From Raja brachyura (lineage: Eukaryota), in NCBI GenBank assembly GCA_963514005.1, contig OY740818.1, positions 10,788,001 through 10,852,000 of the forward strand: 64,000 nt of DNA, in the 5' to 3' direction. The number at the start of each line of letters is the position of its first letter. Within the stretch, counting starts at the first letter, position 1. This document shows positions 63,871 to 64,000 of this stretch, in pieces. Made by a program: the position numbers and the translations under genes. Below the pieces are notes generated by a model. It had not been told where the DNA came from. It saw only the letters and a list, made by a program, of their open reading frames with translations, and did not search any database.

Positions 63871-64000
63871 GGTATATGGTATGCTTGTCTTAATTGGTGG
63901 GAGCATTAAGTAACATTGTAATAGGGATGTTACGTTGCAGGTTTATAGGATTTTGGTTAAGCCACAATTGGAGTATTTTGTGCAGTTCTGGTCACCCTAT

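Overview
This is eukaryotic, AT-rich, repeat-dense vertebrate DNA. The repeat complement (HE1-like V-SINEs, CR1, Rex1/Babar, Penelope-derived minis) suggests a cartilaginous fish such as a skate or ray; that is inference. The window lies inside one + strand gene, an ADAMTS14-like procollagen N-proteinase. Three phase-compatible coding exons are present: 1339-1486, 33043-33239 and 62216-62299. They cover the end of the prodomain, the furin site and the start of the metalloprotease domain, and are separated by ~31.6-kb and ~29.0-kb introns. The introns hold a decayed full-length Ty3/Gypsy element (LTRs, PBS, PPT, TSD), a solo LTR, CR1/RTE/Rex1/Penelope fragments, and Tc1, hAT and Tigger-like remnants. 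The most notable observation is two kinds of tiny retroelements built around self-cleaving ribozyme motifs. The first is a ~135-145-bp element with TSDs whose 5' end folds as a minimal HDV-like ribozyme; it is intact in one copy and has its core inverted between the P2 arms in the other. The second is a numerous set of Penelope-derived mini-elements carrying a minimal hammerhead-like core. Boundaries of old repeats are approximate, and ribozyme activity is predicted from sequence only.
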